A DNA stretch of 31,321 bases from a virus (lineage: Duplodnaviria; Heunggongvirae; Uroviricota; Caudoviricetes), in IMG/VR virus record IMGVR_UViG_2700989487_000010; one strand, 5' to 3'. The notes under the pieces were generated by a model. The model was not told the DNA's origin. It saw only the letters and a list, made by a program, of their open reading frames with translations, and did not search any database. Positions 1 through 9,506 of this stretch are shown here, piece after piece (positions within the stretch are counted from its first letter, which is position 1; each line of letters begins with the position of its first letter). The position numbers and the translations under genes are program-made.

Positions 1-647
1 CATATCAAGAGTAAAAAATAATTTAACTTTTACATAACGACCTCTTTTACAAATAAGTAGAAAAGGTCGTTATAACTCTCATCTCCATAGCATGTAATTT
101 TCTTTGCATATTTTCACATAACAGTCAGGGATGTATTTATAAGCAACGTCGTATACATAGGCTCAATTTTTCTATAAATAAGCACTCCGTTCGGTTTGCA
201 CAATAGTGCACAAATTTGCACAATTTTTTTGAACGACTTTTTGCCCTTCCGGCCCGCATGGCGGCTGGATCCGTCAAGGATCCGTGCGTGCACAAAAAAA
301 CGCGCTTTTTCTGCGCGCAGGTGACGGGGGAACAGCCCGCGTTTCAGGGGGTAAATAGCATCCCCTGAACGATGTCGCAGCGACACAACAGAATGGCTGT
401 ATTTCTCACGCTGAGCGTGAAGAATACGTGAGGGATTCTGATTTGATGGGGTGAAAGGTAAGGCCGTCAAAATCGCACTGAGGCGGCGAGAACATGCAGT
501 CAACGCGGTGGGATTGCTTAAGACTCTGACCGCCGATGATGGCAATAAGCAGAAAAGCGTCGTGAAATTATCTGACTGATACAGGAGCTGGAGAGTCGGG
601 GCATAAATTTTTTATGCCCCGGCGAAGCAGCAGACAAGCGAAGCGCG

Positions 648-1694
648 TCAGGATGTGGGCTGGGTGTCTAACAGTGCGTAAGGGTTAAAGCGGATCACCT
701 CTTCGCCAAGCCAGTCATTGATGTGCTTCATGGCCTCCATGACTGGCATCAGCTCGTTAATTGCGTAAACCCGCGCGGCCTTCTCCACATCACCAAACGC
801 ACTTTTTTCGCCCGGCATCGCCCCCATCAGTTGCGGCGGAACGCGGTGCGCAGCCAGCACATCATCACGGGATGCCGCCTTAACATTCATGAACTCATCT
901 TTTGCGGTGATCTGCTGGAACGGCAAAATTTGCACACCTTCTTTGCCCCCGTTGGGCGCATGGATGAGCACGTTTTTAAACGCACCACCACCACGCGCGC
1001 CCTGTAACGTTTCTTTCAGGGAGTCCATGCTTTCGCGGTTTACCTGCGCTGCACCAATGTAGATGATGCACCCGGCGTGGGAGCCGTTGTCGTAGTACAG
1101 TTTTCTGAACATGTCCGCCGAATGAGAAAGGCTGGCCGAGAGTAATGCGCCAAGATATTCCGGCATGCCGTAGATTTCCTGATTAATATCCGGATTCATC
1201 AGATGGCACACTTTACCAGGGCGAAACTGAAACGCGTCCTTGCCATCCTGCACATACCACCATGATTCAAGATCGCTTCCGCGTCGCATGTATTTCGCCA
1301 GTGCGTGCCGTAATTTAAGCGGTTCGCCGAGCATATTGCTTCGAAGCTCAAGGAATGCGTTACCGAACACAAACCAGTCCAGCGCCAGCGCCGAGAAATC
1401 CTGCCGGGAAAGCAGCGGGTGCGGGATGTAGCAACCGAGCAATACATTGCGCTTAAAGTAAAGCGCAGACTGATGCCAGGACGTTTGCCGGGCGGCTCTT
1501 GCCAGACCGTACCAGTCCACCGGGGTTTCATACCACCGCCCGTTATCAGCACAGTACATATTGTCCAGCAAATCATGCCCGGTCAGGCGATAAGGACCAT
1601 CAAAAGTGAATGCACTGAGCGACGATTCTTTCCTGAGTGCATCAGCGAGATCAATGCGTGAACTCATGCGCACTTTTTTATTTTTTCTGCTCAT
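648..1694 (-). CDS. Q: Phage portal (capsid portal) protein, P2 gpQ family
   Basis: 348-aa ORF; translation recognisably P2 Q-like in length and sequence; start overlaps the stop of the upstream terminase gene; sits at the left end of the late region as in P2. Confidence 0.9.
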   Translation of the reverse strand: MSRKNKKVRMSSRIDLADALRKESSLSAFTFDGPYRLTGHDLLDNMYCADNGRWYETPVDWYGLARAARQTSWHQSALYFKRNVLLGCYIPHPLLSRQDFSALALDWFVFGNAFLELRSNMLGEPLKLRHALAKYMRRGSDLESWWYVQDGKDAFQFRPGKVCHLMNPDINQEIYGMPEYLGALLSASLSHSADMFRKLYYDNGSHAGCIIYIGAAQVNRESMDSLKETLQGARGGGAFKNVLIHAPNGGKEGVQILPFQQITAKDEFMNVKAASRDDVLAAHRVPPQLMGAMPGEKSAFGDVEKAARVYAINELMPVMEAMKHINDWLGEEVIRFNPYALLDTQPTS

Positions 1695-3445
1695 CAGAAC
1701 TCCATAACCGTGAAACGCTCGTTTTCTCCTTCGCCGCCAATTGGTTCGTTAATGACAGCAAGCATGGTTGCCCACGCAAGGTCGCCGTGGCTGATCCCCC
1801 TCGCGCGGTCCGTTTCGTAAGTGATAAAGCCGCCCGGTGTTTTCACCTTACGCACGGCGTTAAAGGCCGCGACCAGCTCGCGTTCGGCGCGATCGTATTC
1901 CCACCGCCCGGCACGCATTATTTGCAGCATTTTCAGTACCAGCGACCGTTTTGATGACAGCGTGAAGGTGTACGGAATAGCGGCAGGGAAAAACCGTTTC
2001 ACTATCTGATAAACAGCCTCCCCGTTCCCGCCCGTCACATCAATGCCGATGTGTTCCACGTTGTAGCGATACGTGAAATCTTCAATGACTCTGGCCTGTT
2101 CTTCAAACTCCAGCCCCTGAACGCGTCGCGTCTCCACCGTTCGAAAACGGCCACCAGGAACAGCCGGAGGAACCACCACGGACACAGCGCCGCTGTCGCC
2201 GTTGCCACTGCTGCCGTTTGCGTCATATCCAATCCATACCGGACGATTTCCCATCGGGCGGGGAGCAAAAGGTTTCCAGTCTTTCCAGTCGTCGTATCCA
2301 TCAACGCCGCAGCCAATCAGGATATTCAGGTTAAATGCCGATTCCCCTTCGCGGACAAACTCACACATATAGAGATTGAGGAACTCGTCTTCGGTGTTTT
2401 CATCACGAATTTCGTCGATATCGGTGTGTTTCCAGCCGTGATTAACCACATCTTCCAGCGTGACAATTTGCCGCCACGTCCGGTCAGGGCAGATAAGCCC
2501 GTTATGCAGCGTTTTCCAGTCCACAGAAAAACGCTGGCGTTTATGCGTGGCCTTTTTCTCGTTCCAGCGGTCGCCGTTCCAGTAGGCGTATGCTTCGTGC
2601 GTTTCGGTGGATGGCGTGGAGAAGTAGGTGCGCCGCAGTCCGCTGAGGGTTGCCATAGCGCCAGCCACCTTGCGCAGTTCAGCAAAGCGACTGACCCAGA
2701 AAAATTCATCAAAATAAAAATTGCCCGTATAGGACTGCGCCGACGCAGCAGAAGTGCCGAGAAAATGCAGCTCTGCGCCGTTGGAGAGGATGATTTTATC
2801 GCCCCCTTTCAGCTCCACATCAACTTCAGCCGCGGCCCTCTGAATAATGCTTTTAAACTGGAACGCCTGACGACGCGACGCAGACAAAAAAATCTGGTTA
2901 CGCTGGTAAGGTTGCACCACATCGTCACGCAGCGCCATCAGCAGTGCTTCCTGTGCAAAATACCAGGTCGCCCCAATCTGTCGGGATTTCAGGATCATCC
3001 TGTTACGTATCCCGGCTTCCCTGCAAAGGGTCAGGGAGTCAAACCAGCCCCGCTGATGCCACTCCAGCCTGCTGATGATTTTTTCCCGCAGTGCGGCAAT
3101 CTGTTCCGGCGTGAAATGATTTTTGAGTTTTTTCGCCCGGCCTTTCTTTCCTGCGGCCATCACATCCGGCTGGCCATCATGCAGCTTTTTAAGCTGCCGG
3201 GTCAGCAGGTCTATTTCCTTAAAGTCACCGCCTGTTTTATTCTGTTTTTCAGTAAGCTGGATGAGGCGCGCATCAATGGATTGCGTGACACGCTGCACGG
3301 GTGGCGTTTCATCCCACTGGTCGCGTTTTTTCCACGCATAAATCGTGTTCGGGTTTATTCCCATCAGACGTGATATTTCTGCGGGCGGATAACCCTGCCA
3401 GTAAAGTTGTCGCGCACGCTGGCGCACAAAAGCGTCCTGAATCAT
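1694..3445 (-). CDS. P: Terminase large subunit (ATPase), P2 gpP family
   Basis: 583-aa ORF on minus strand, divergent from the capsid operon; translation resembles P2 gpP; coupled to Q (shared base at 1694). Confidence 0.9.
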   Translation of the reverse strand: MIQDAFVRQRARQLYWQGYPPAEISRLMGINPNTIYAWKKRDQWDETPPVQRVTQSIDARLIQLTEKQNKTGGDFKEIDLLTRQLKKLHDGQPDVMAAGKKGRAKKLKNHFTPEQIAALREKIISRLEWHQRGWFDSLTLCREAGIRNRMILKSRQIGATWYFAQEALLMALRDDVVQPYQRNQIFLSASRRQAFQFKSIIQRAAAEVDVELKGGDKIILSNGAELHFLGTSAASAQSYTGNFYFDEFFWVSRFAELRKVAGAMATLSGLRRTYFSTPSTETHEAYAYWNGDRWNEKKATHKRQRFSVDWKTLHNGLICPDRTWRQIVTLEDVVNHGWKHTDIDEIRDENTEDEFLNLYMCEFVREGESAFNLNILIGCGVDGYDDWKDWKPFAPRPMGNRPVWIGYDANGSSGNGDSGAVSVVVPPAVPGGRFRTVETRRVQGLEFEEQARVIEDFTYRYNVEHIGIDVTGGNGEAVYQIVKRFFPAAIPYTFTLSSKRSLVLKMLQIMRAGRWEYDRAERELVAAFNAVRKVKTPGGFITYETDRARGISHGDLAWATMLAVINEPIGGEGENERFTVMEF

Positions 3446-3599
3446 TGCTCCCCCTGAGTAATTACAGGAAGATTACCCGCGCGCGAAACCGTTCTCCTTA
3501 ACCCCCTGTTCTGACTGTTTTCTTACAACAAAAGCCCTTTGTATCAGCCTGTTACGCTTTGCCATCATGACTGAAGAACCAGTCAGAGGGGCAAAAACT
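3446..3599. promoter_or_regulatory. Divergent intergenic region between P (leftward) and O (rightward); expected location of two late promoters
   Basis: Non-coding gap between divergently oriented operons, by analogy with P2. No clean TGT-N12-ACA Ogr box could be confirmed by eye. Confidence 0.4.
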
Positions 3600-4436
3600 A
3601 TGGCTAATGAAAAAAAGACATCCCGCAAAAAGTTTCGCGTGGCTGTTTCCGGTGTAACGGCAGACGGGCGCGAAATCAACGGCGACATGCTGAAAGCTGC
3701 CGCCACCAGTTATAACCCGTCCGTTTATGGTGCACGTGTGAATATTGAGCACATCTTGTCACCACTCCCCGGTAGCGAGTTTTCCGCTATGGGCGATGTT
3801 GTGGGGTTGAGCACCGAAGACATAACCGATGGCCCGCTGGCAGGTCGCACGGCACTGTATGCCGAAATTGAGCCGACCGCTCGCATGATGTCCCTGCTTA
3901 GCGATGGTAAAAAAATTTACTCCAGTATTGAGCTGGAACCACAGTCAACCATCACGGGAGGCCCTTACCTGCGCGGGCTGGCAATGACCGACACCCCCGC
4001 CAGCCTGGGCACGGAACGTCTGGCCTTTGCGGCACAACAACGTATGCAACTGATGACATTCAACTGTCAGCAGGGAGACGTGGTGATGTTTACCGCCGCT
4101 ATGGAGTCAGAACTTATCGAACTCACCGAACAACGTCAGGAAGAAGGCACCCAGTGGTTTAACCGCGTTATGGGGATTATTGGCCGTGGCCGCAAAGCGG
4201 ATGACGCCAGTTTCTCCCGTATTCAGGAAGCGGTGGAAGGTGTCGCAACGTCACAGGCCGACATTATCGACCGTTTTAATGCGCTGGAAACCCGCCATCA
4301 GCAGGACAGCCAGAAAATCACTTTACTGACCACAGAGCTGACAGCACTGAAGGAAAAACTGCGCACGCAGGACGGCGATCCGCAGAACCGGTTCACCGCA
4401 ACGGGCGCAGCCTCCGATCAACTGGCTGACTTCTGA
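3600..4436 (+). CDS. O: Capsid scaffolding protein, P2 gpO family
   Basis: ORF in frame from 3567; ATG at 3600 (MANEKK...) is preceded by a GAGGGG RBS; translation resembles P2 gpO; position upstream of the major capsid gene. Confidence 0.85.
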   Translation: MANEKKTSRKKFRVAVSGVTADGREINGDMLKAAATSYNPSVYGARVNIEHILSPLPGSEFSAMGDVVGLSTEDITDGPLAGRTALYAEIEPTARMMSLLSDGKKIYSSIELEPQSTITGGPYLRGLAMTDTPASLGTERLAFAAQQRMQLMTFNCQQGDVVMFTAAMESELIELTEQRQEEGTQWFNRVMGIIGRGRKADDASFSRIQEAVEGVATSQADIIDRFNALETRHQQDSQKITLLTTELTALKEKLRTQDGDPQNRFTATGAASDQLADF

Positions 4437-4459
4437 TAAGACAAAGGAGCAAATTTTTT

Positions 4460-5512
4460 ATGAATCTGGTGATGTCAGATATTACCCGCAACAAGCTGGG
4501 TTGCTATATGGCGCAGCAGGCGTCGCTTAACAACATCCCGGTATCTGCACTGGTATCGCGATTTACCGTGGAACCCTCGGTGCAGCAGCGTTTTGAAAAC
4601 GCAGTAAAGGAGAGCACTGAATTTACAAAAAAAATTAACGTGTTCGGTGTGACCGACCAGAAAGGCGAAAAAATCCTCCTGGACACCACCGGGCCGATTG
4701 CGCGCACGAATACCAGTTATGACGGCACAAAACGCCGTAACCCGAATAACGTGGTTGATCTGAAAAACCGCAAATATCAGTGCGAACAGGTGAACTACGA
4801 CACGTTTATTTCGTATCCGCAGCTTGATGCCTGGGCGGCACACCCTGATTTTCAGTCACGCGTCAGCACACAGATTGCCCGGCAGGTGGCGCTTGACCGC
4901 ATCATGATCGGTTTCAACGGCACGTCTCACGCAGATGAGTCCAACTTCAGCACCAACAAGCTGCTTCAGGACGTTAACGTGGGATGGCTGGAGCACATCA
5001 GAACCGACGCCAGCGAGCGCGTAATGAATGACGTGACGCTGACCTCCCGCAACATGGACAACACCGTGGCGCACGCGGGTAAGTATGCGAACGCTGATGC
5101 ACTGGTACAGGACGCGCGCTCATCCCTGCTGGATGAATGGCACAAGGAAGCTGACGACCTCGTGGTGATTATGGGGCGCAACCTGTTTAACTCGCTGCGT
5201 CTGCCCGTGCTGAACAGCATCAGCGGCCAGAATCCCAATGCGGAATTACTTGCCGGACAGCTCATCCTGTCATCGCGCGCCATTGGCGGACTGGATGTAT
5301 TCCTTGCGCCGTTCTTCCCGGATTCAACGATGCTGATCACCTCGTTCAACAACCTGTCGATTTACTGGCAGAAAGGAACAATGCGTCGCCTGATGAAAGA
5401 CGAGCCGGAATACAACCGCATCGCCACCTACCAGTCCATCAATGACGCTTATGTCGTTGAAGACTATGGCAAGTGCGCGATGGTCACTGGCCTGAAGTTC
5501 GCCGACAGCTAA
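4460..5512 (+). CDS. N: Major capsid protein, P2 gpN family
   Basis: 350-aa ORF with AGGAG RBS 8 nt upstream; contains FTVEPSV and ENLSIY-type motifs recalled from P2 gpN. Confidence 0.9.
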   Translation: MNLVMSDITRNKLGCYMAQQASLNNIPVSALVSRFTVEPSVQQRFENAVKESTEFTKKINVFGVTDQKGEKILLDTTGPIARTNTSYDGTKRRNPNNVVDLKNRKYQCEQVNYDTFISYPQLDAWAAHPDFQSRVSTQIARQVALDRIMIGFNGTSHADESNFSTNKLLQDVNVGWLEHIRTDASERVMNDVTLTSRNMDNTVAHAGKYANADALVQDARSSLLDEWHKEADDLVVIMGRNLFNSLRLPVLNSISGQNPNAELLAGQLILSSRAIGGLDVFLAPFFPDSTMLITSFNNLSIYWQKGTMRRLMKDEPEYNRIATYQSINDAYVVEDYGKCAMVTGLKFADS

Positions 5513-5522
5513 TCAACTCACG

Positions 5523-5541
5523 GCGGGCATCATGCCCGCCT
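5523..5541 (+). other. GC-rich hairpin in the N-M intergenic gap (ggcgggc / gcccgcc)
   Basis: Inverted repeat directly visible between the capsid gene stop and the M start; no U-tract, so possibly an attenuator or processing structure rather than a terminator. Confidence 0.3.
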
Positions 5542-5557
5542 GTAACGGAGAGAAAAA

Positions 5558-6358
5558 ATGATTACTCCTGCACAGCAACACTGGCAGAACGTGATGGCAC
5601 AGCGCGCAGGCCGGGCGAATGAAGGCGTGGACCACGCCGCGCGTACCGCGCATGAAGAGGTGCTGTATCGTCTGCGTCTGGCACAGGCCCGACTTAAGGG
5701 CGTACAGGCCAGAAGCGCGAAAGCCGCCATCAAAAAAGAGTTGTTGCCGGACTTTTCCGGCTGGATTGAGGGAACGCTGGAGGCTGACGGCGGGCAGCAG
5801 GATGAAGTGATTGCCACGCTGATGGTGTGGGCAATTGACTGCGGCGATCTTCCGCTTGCGCTGCGTATTGGTGCGTATGTGGTCCGTCACAACCTCATCA
5901 TGCCGGATAACTTTGGCCGTACTGCTGCCACGGTACTGACCGAAGAAATCTGCAACCCGGTACTGACGCAGGCCGGGACGGATGCCGACGCGGATTTGTC
6001 CGCCTTTATCGAACCACTGGACACACTTTGGGAAATTGTCGCCAACCAGGATATGCCGGACGAAGTGCGAGCCAAATTATGCAAGGCGTGCGCCTTTGCC
6101 CGCCGTAGCCTGAGCGATGCGGACAGCATGGCCTCATCACTGAAGCTGCTGCGCGAAGCGATGCACCTGAACCCGAACGCAGGTGTGAAACGCGAGATTG
6201 CAACCCTTTCCCGCGCTCTGAAAAAAGCCGATTCCGCAGCCGCACCAGAAGATGCCAGCACACCGCAGGCGCAGAACGAAAGCAGCAAAAGTAAAAAGAC
6301 AACGCGGAAGCCTGCAACACGAAAAACCACCGCGACGCAGAAGGCGAAGCGCGGTTAA
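5558..6358 (+). CDS. M: Terminase small (endonuclease) subunit, P2 gpM family
   Basis: 266-aa ORF; contains MPDEVRAKL and AGVK(R/K)EI motifs recalled from P2 gpM; basic Lys/Arg/Thr-rich C-terminus. Confidence 0.85.
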   Translation: MITPAQQHWQNVMAQRAGRANEGVDHAARTAHEEVLYRLRLAQARLKGVQARSAKAAIKKELLPDFSGWIEGTLEADGGQQDEVIATLMVWAIDCGDLPLALRIGAYVVRHNLIMPDNFGRTAATVLTEEICNPVLTQAGTDADADLSAFIEPLDTLWEIVANQDMPDEVRAKLCKACAFARRSLSDADSMASSLKLLREAMHLNPNAGVKREIATLSRALKKADSAAAPEDASTPQAQNESSKSKKTTRKPATRKTTATQKAKRG

Positions 6359-6450
6359 CGACTGACCCCGTCAGCGGGCGGCGTGCACGGTGTTCCGGTT
6401 TGACTCCGTGACCGTTTACACCGCGCACCCACCGCCCGATTTTTTCAGGA

Positions 6451-6954
6451 GTGAACCCCATGAGTATGGTTGCCAGAACCAACCCCGGACCCGCAGAGGA
6501 CGACATCACCGATACCGATGATGGTGATACCCGTATTTCAGCGGGTGCATTCTGGCCGGATATTGTGCTGCGTGAGCTGCGTCTGGCGGTACGACTGCCG
6601 GGGCGCGTGACCACCTCCCGCCTGCTGCATACCGCCACCGGGGCGGTGGCTCACGTTACCCGCGAGCTGGAAGCATGGCAGCAGGAACAGCAGGCGGCTG
6701 GACATCAGACGCTGGCCGATGTTCCGGCACCCGTAATTAACGGAGAAAGCGTCAATCTCTGGCACTGGCGCAATGCCGTTTATACCGCCACACGCGCCCT
6801 GATTCTGGAGCGTTACCGCGATGCGGACACAACGGATAAGGGCGACCGCCGGGCGGACGCACTGGATATACAGACATCGGATTTGTGGCGCGATGTGAGC
6901 TGGGCCATCTCTGACATTCTGCGCAGCCCGCGAATTTTTGCGGAGCTGTGCTGA
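6451..6954 (+). CDS. L: Head completion/stabilisation protein, P2 gpL family
   Basis: 167-aa ORF following M; size and position match P2 gpL; stop overlaps the X start. Confidence 0.8.
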   Translation: MNPMSMVARTNPGPAEDDITDTDDGDTRISAGAFWPDIVLRELRLAVRLPGRVTTSRLLHTATGAVAHVTRELEAWQQEQQAAGHQTLADVPAPVINGESVNLWHWRNAVYTATRALILERYRDADTTDKGDRRADALDIQTSDLWRDVSWAISDILRSPRIFAELC

Positions 6955-7154
6955 TGAAAGTGAAGGCACTGGAAGGCGACACCGTGGATTCGCTCTGTTT
7001 CCGGTACTACGGCACGACGCAGGGCGTCACCGAAAAGGTGCTGGATGCCAACCCCGGACTCTGTCAGCAGGTATTTCTGGACGCCGGGCAGGACGTGGAG
7101 ATGCCGGAGCCGGAGAAGAAGAAACGAGAAATGATTCAGTTGTGGGGGGAGTAG
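6954..7154 (+). CDS. X: Tail protein X (P2 gpX-like)
   Basis: ATG at 6954 overlaps the L stop; translation MKVKALEGDTVDSLCFRYYG... closely parallels P2 gpX (MKTFALQGDTLDAICVRYYG...). Confidence 0.8.
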   Translation: MKVKALEGDTVDSLCFRYYGTTQGVTEKVLDANPGLCQQVFLDAGQDVEMPEPEKKKREMIQLWGE

Positions 7155-7156
7155 CA

Positions 7157-7480
7157 GTGAGCACCATTCAAACAGGGATCACAGAGCAGGTTATTGCGTG
7201 GCTCTTTGACCACCTGCCAACGGTGTATGCAGTAGGCGCGGCAGTCAGCATTTCCGCGCTGATGAGTCTTTATGACGGACGAACACTGGTTCAGACCGTA
7301 ACGGGATCGCTGGCGTGCGGCGTTCTTGCCATGGCCGTGGCCGGGTCGTTGCGCTTCTTCGGGTTTCCTGAAGATGCCGTGACGTTTATCGGCGCATCAA
7401 TCGGTTTTATGGGCGCAGAGAAAGCACGCGACAAGGTTATTGCGGCCTTTAATCGCAGGGGGAAGGAGAAGGACGAATGA
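7157..7480 (+). CDS. Putative holin
   Basis: GTG at 7157 with GGGGGGA RBS just after the X stop; ~107 aa with two hydrophobic membrane-spanning segments and a charged C-terminus; sits immediately upstream of the endolysin. Confidence 0.6.
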   Translation: MSTIQTGITEQVIAWLFDHLPTVYAVGAAVSISALMSLYDGRTLVQTVTGSLACGVLAMAVAGSLRFFGFPEDAVTFIGASIGFMGAEKARDKVIAAFNRRGKEKDE

Positions 7481-7869
7481 GCAACACATTTAAATTCAGC
7501 AGCCGGAGCGAAAAGAATTTGCAGGGCGTAAATCCTGATCTGGTGAAAGTGACCCGACGGGCACTGGAAATTTCGGAAGTGGATTTTGGTATCACCGAAG
7601 GGTTGCGCAGCCGTTACCGCCAGAAGCAACTTGTGGCCACAGGTAAGAGCCAGACCATGAACAGCCGCCACCTTACGGGACATGCCGTGGATGTTGTGGC
7701 TTATATCGGCAGCCAGGTGTCATGGGAATGGCCGCTGTACGAAAAAATCGCAGCAGCATTCAGACAGGCCAGCCGGGAGCTGAATATTCCGGTGGAATGG
7801 GGCGGCGACTGGAAGACCCTGAAAGACGGACCGCATTTTCAGTTACCACACGGAGCCTATCCGGCATGA
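7477..7869 (+). CDS. Endolysin, peptidase M15 (zinc D-Ala-D-Ala carboxypeptidase-like) family
   Basis: 130-aa ORF with an H-x6-D motif (HLTGHAVD) and a distal DGPHFQ His, typical of M15 cell-wall peptidases; lysis-cassette position. Confidence 0.75.
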   Translation: MSNTFKFSSRSEKNLQGVNPDLVKVTRRALEISEVDFGITEGLRSRYRQKQLVATGKSQTMNSRHLTGHAVDVVAYIGSQVSWEWPLYEKIAAAFRQASRELNIPVEWGGDWKTLKDGPHFQLPHGAYPA

Positions 7870-8273
7870 AGCTCTGGCCCACGCTGGGTGTCGCTTTCCT
7901 TCTGATTGCCGCATGGGGAACATCCATGCGTCTGTCATGGTCGCTGGGCCGGGAGAACGCCAGAAACGAAGCGCAGGCCAGCACCCTGAAACGTACCGCC
8001 GACACCCTGAATATCATCAGCGCCGGGGTACAGGATATGCAGCAGGTGCTGGCGCAACTCCGCGTGGAAAATCAGCAACGCAATCAGGACGGAGAGGCAA
8101 GACGTGAACAGCTACGCAACGATATTGCAAAAGATGAATGCGCCCACGCTTTGCCTGACGCTCGTTTTACTGACAGGCTGCGCAGGCACGCAGAACGCGC
8201 CACGGCCAGCGCCGTCAGTCCGGCTTATACCGCAGACGCTGACCATACCGGTAACGCCTCCCCCCTTCCCTGA
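7866..8273 (+). CDS. i-spanin (Rz / P2 LysB-like)
   Basis: ATG overlaps the endolysin stop (ATGA); N-terminal transmembrane segment (LWPTLGVAFLLIAAWG) followed by a charged, Gln/Arg-rich coiled-coil-like periplasmic region. Confidence 0.65.
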   Translation: MKLWPTLGVAFLLIAAWGTSMRLSWSLGRENARNEAQASTLKRTADTLNIISAGVQDMQQVLAQLRVENQQRNQDGEARREQLRNDIAKDECAHALPDARFTDRLRRHAERATASAVSPAYTADADHTGNASPLP

Positions 8274-8424
8274 CACTCCCACATGGGGAAATCTCGGTAT
8301 ATGGGGCGACCGCCTTCTGGATGCACTGGAAACCTGTAACGCGGATAAACGGGCCATTGAATTACTGGAGCAGCGCAGGCTGCAACGACTGAACAACGAG
8401 GACAACAACCATGCTGAAAACTGA
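8134..8424 (+). CDS. o-spanin lipoprotein (Rz1 / P2 LysC-like), overlapped architecture
   Basis: Alternate frame starting inside the i-spanin gene and extending past it; signal peptide with lipobox LLTG-C; Pro-rich mature region. Confidence 0.65.
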   Translation: MNAPTLCLTLVLLTGCAGTQNAPRPAPSVRLIPQTLTIPVTPPPFPDTPTWGNLGIWGDRLLDALETCNADKRAIELLEQRRLQRLNNEDNNHAEN

Positions 8425-8878
8425 TTCCCTGCGTGAAGCCATGACCCGTTCATGCCGATGGTGTCAGGCCAACCCGGAAAAATTCACCATTTTCGTGGAG
8501 AGCGGCAACATTGAAACGACCGGAGAAACGCCCTCGTTTGTTTACCGCTATCAGATGGTGATGTTTGTCATGGATTACGCCGGGGAGCTGGACGACCTCA
8601 CGCTGCCGCTACTGGCGTGGTTATCCGAAAATCAGCCACAGTTGTTGCTCAATCCGGAGCGTAATCAGGACATCAAATTTTCCGCCGTTATCAATGACGA
8701 TGACAGCGCCGATCTCCTGTTTACACTCCCCCTGCGGGAACGCGTTCGCATTACGCGCAACAGTCAGGGCACACCGCAGGCAGAACACCTGCCGGAGCCA
8801 AAACCCCGTCTGCCCTCTTCCGAAGGCGACTGGTCGCATGTATTCCAGGATGTGACGTGGGGTGAAAGCGATGGATAA
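8411..8878 (+). CDS. R: Tail completion protein, P2 gpR family
   Basis: 155-aa ORF (same length as P2 gpR) directly after the lysis genes. Confidence 0.8.
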   Translation: MLKTDSLREAMTRSCRWCQANPEKFTIFVESGNIETTGETPSFVYRYQMVMFVMDYAGELDDLTLPLLAWLSENQPQLLLNPERNQDIKFSAVINDDDSADLLFTLPLRERVRITRNSQGTPQAEHLPEPKPRLPSSEGDWSHVFQDVTWGESDG

Positions 8879-9506
8879 GGCATTCACCTGTGTGGATGAA
8901 ACCTTTGAGGCCATCCGCGACAGCCTGAATCAGCAGGTCATCAATAACATCGCCAGAAAGCTGGCACAGGATTTACGCCGCGCCCAGCAGGCACGTATCC
9001 GGTCACAGAAAGCGCCGGACGGGAGCGCGTGGACACCTCGCAGACGCCGCGTAACCCGGATACAGGAGCGCATTCGCTTTATCTGGAATAACGAAGCACG
9101 CACGCTGAAAAACTGGCATCACGACACGGGGAAATACGGGCGAACCATTACCGGGTGGGATGAGGATAAAAACAATATCCGCACGTTTTACCGGGATGAC
9201 ATCGACCGTTTTCTGGAAATACGCACCCGGCGCATCAACCAGGACAGCACAAAGCGCGTCCCCATGTTCGTAAAACTGCGCACCGCCCGCTACCTGAAAG
9301 CCCGTGCAGATGCTTCCGGTGTGACGGTGGGTTACAGCGGCGTGGCCGCACGTATTGCACGCGTTCATCAGTTCGGTGAGCGCGATCAGGTTGCGCCGGG
9401 CATTTTCACCGATTACCCGGTACGTGAGCTGCTGGGTATCAGCCAGGCAGATGAGCGCCTGATTTATAACACGGTGCTGGGCCGGATTGCGGAGGCTGTA
9501 CGGTGA
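8871..9506 (+). CDS. S: Virion morphogenesis / tail completion protein, gpS-like
   Basis: ORF overlapping the R stop (ATG at 8871 inside ...cgATGgataa...); synteny with P2 S; longer than P2 gpS, so assignment is by position and general resemblance. Confidence 0.7.
   Translation: MDKAFTCVDETFEAIRDSLNQQVINNIARKLAQDLRRAQQARIRSQKAPDGSAWTPRRRRVTRIQERIRFIWNNEARTLKNWHHDTGKYGRTITGWDEDKNNIRTFYRDDIDRFLEIRTRRINQDSTKRVPMFVKLRTARYLKARADASGVTVGYSGVAARIARVHQFGERDQVAPGIFTDYPVRELLGISQADERLIYNTVLGRIAEAVR

Noticed and set aside
114-545. 143-aa minus-strand ORF at the left edge
   Set aside because: Arg/Ser/Leu-rich translation with no recognisable features, spanning both AT-rich and GC-rich non-coding-looking DNA in the expected cos region. 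More likely non-coding, though this cannot be fully excluded.
230-647. P2 or 186-type 19-nt cohesive end sequence
   Set aside because: Only a loose resemblance (ggcggcgag around 480-495) to the recalled P2 cos sequence; not enough to call a cos site without alignment.
2051-3373. 440-aa plus-strand ORF
   Set aside because: Entirely antisense to the well-supported terminase gene P; translation is Arg/Pro/Phe-rich with no recognisable domain; a typical shadow ORF of a GC-rich gene.
3446-3599. Specific Ogr-dependent late promoter boxes (TGT-N12-ACA), also looked for at 22093-22249
   Set aside because: No clean TGT-N12-ACA dyad at the expected spacing was visible by eye. The region is called only as a generic divergent promoter region; a position-weight-matrix scan is needed.
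6006-6638. 210-aa minus-strand ORF spanning the M-L junction
   Set aside because: Antisense to two syntenic, well-supported genes; Arg/Ser-rich translation.
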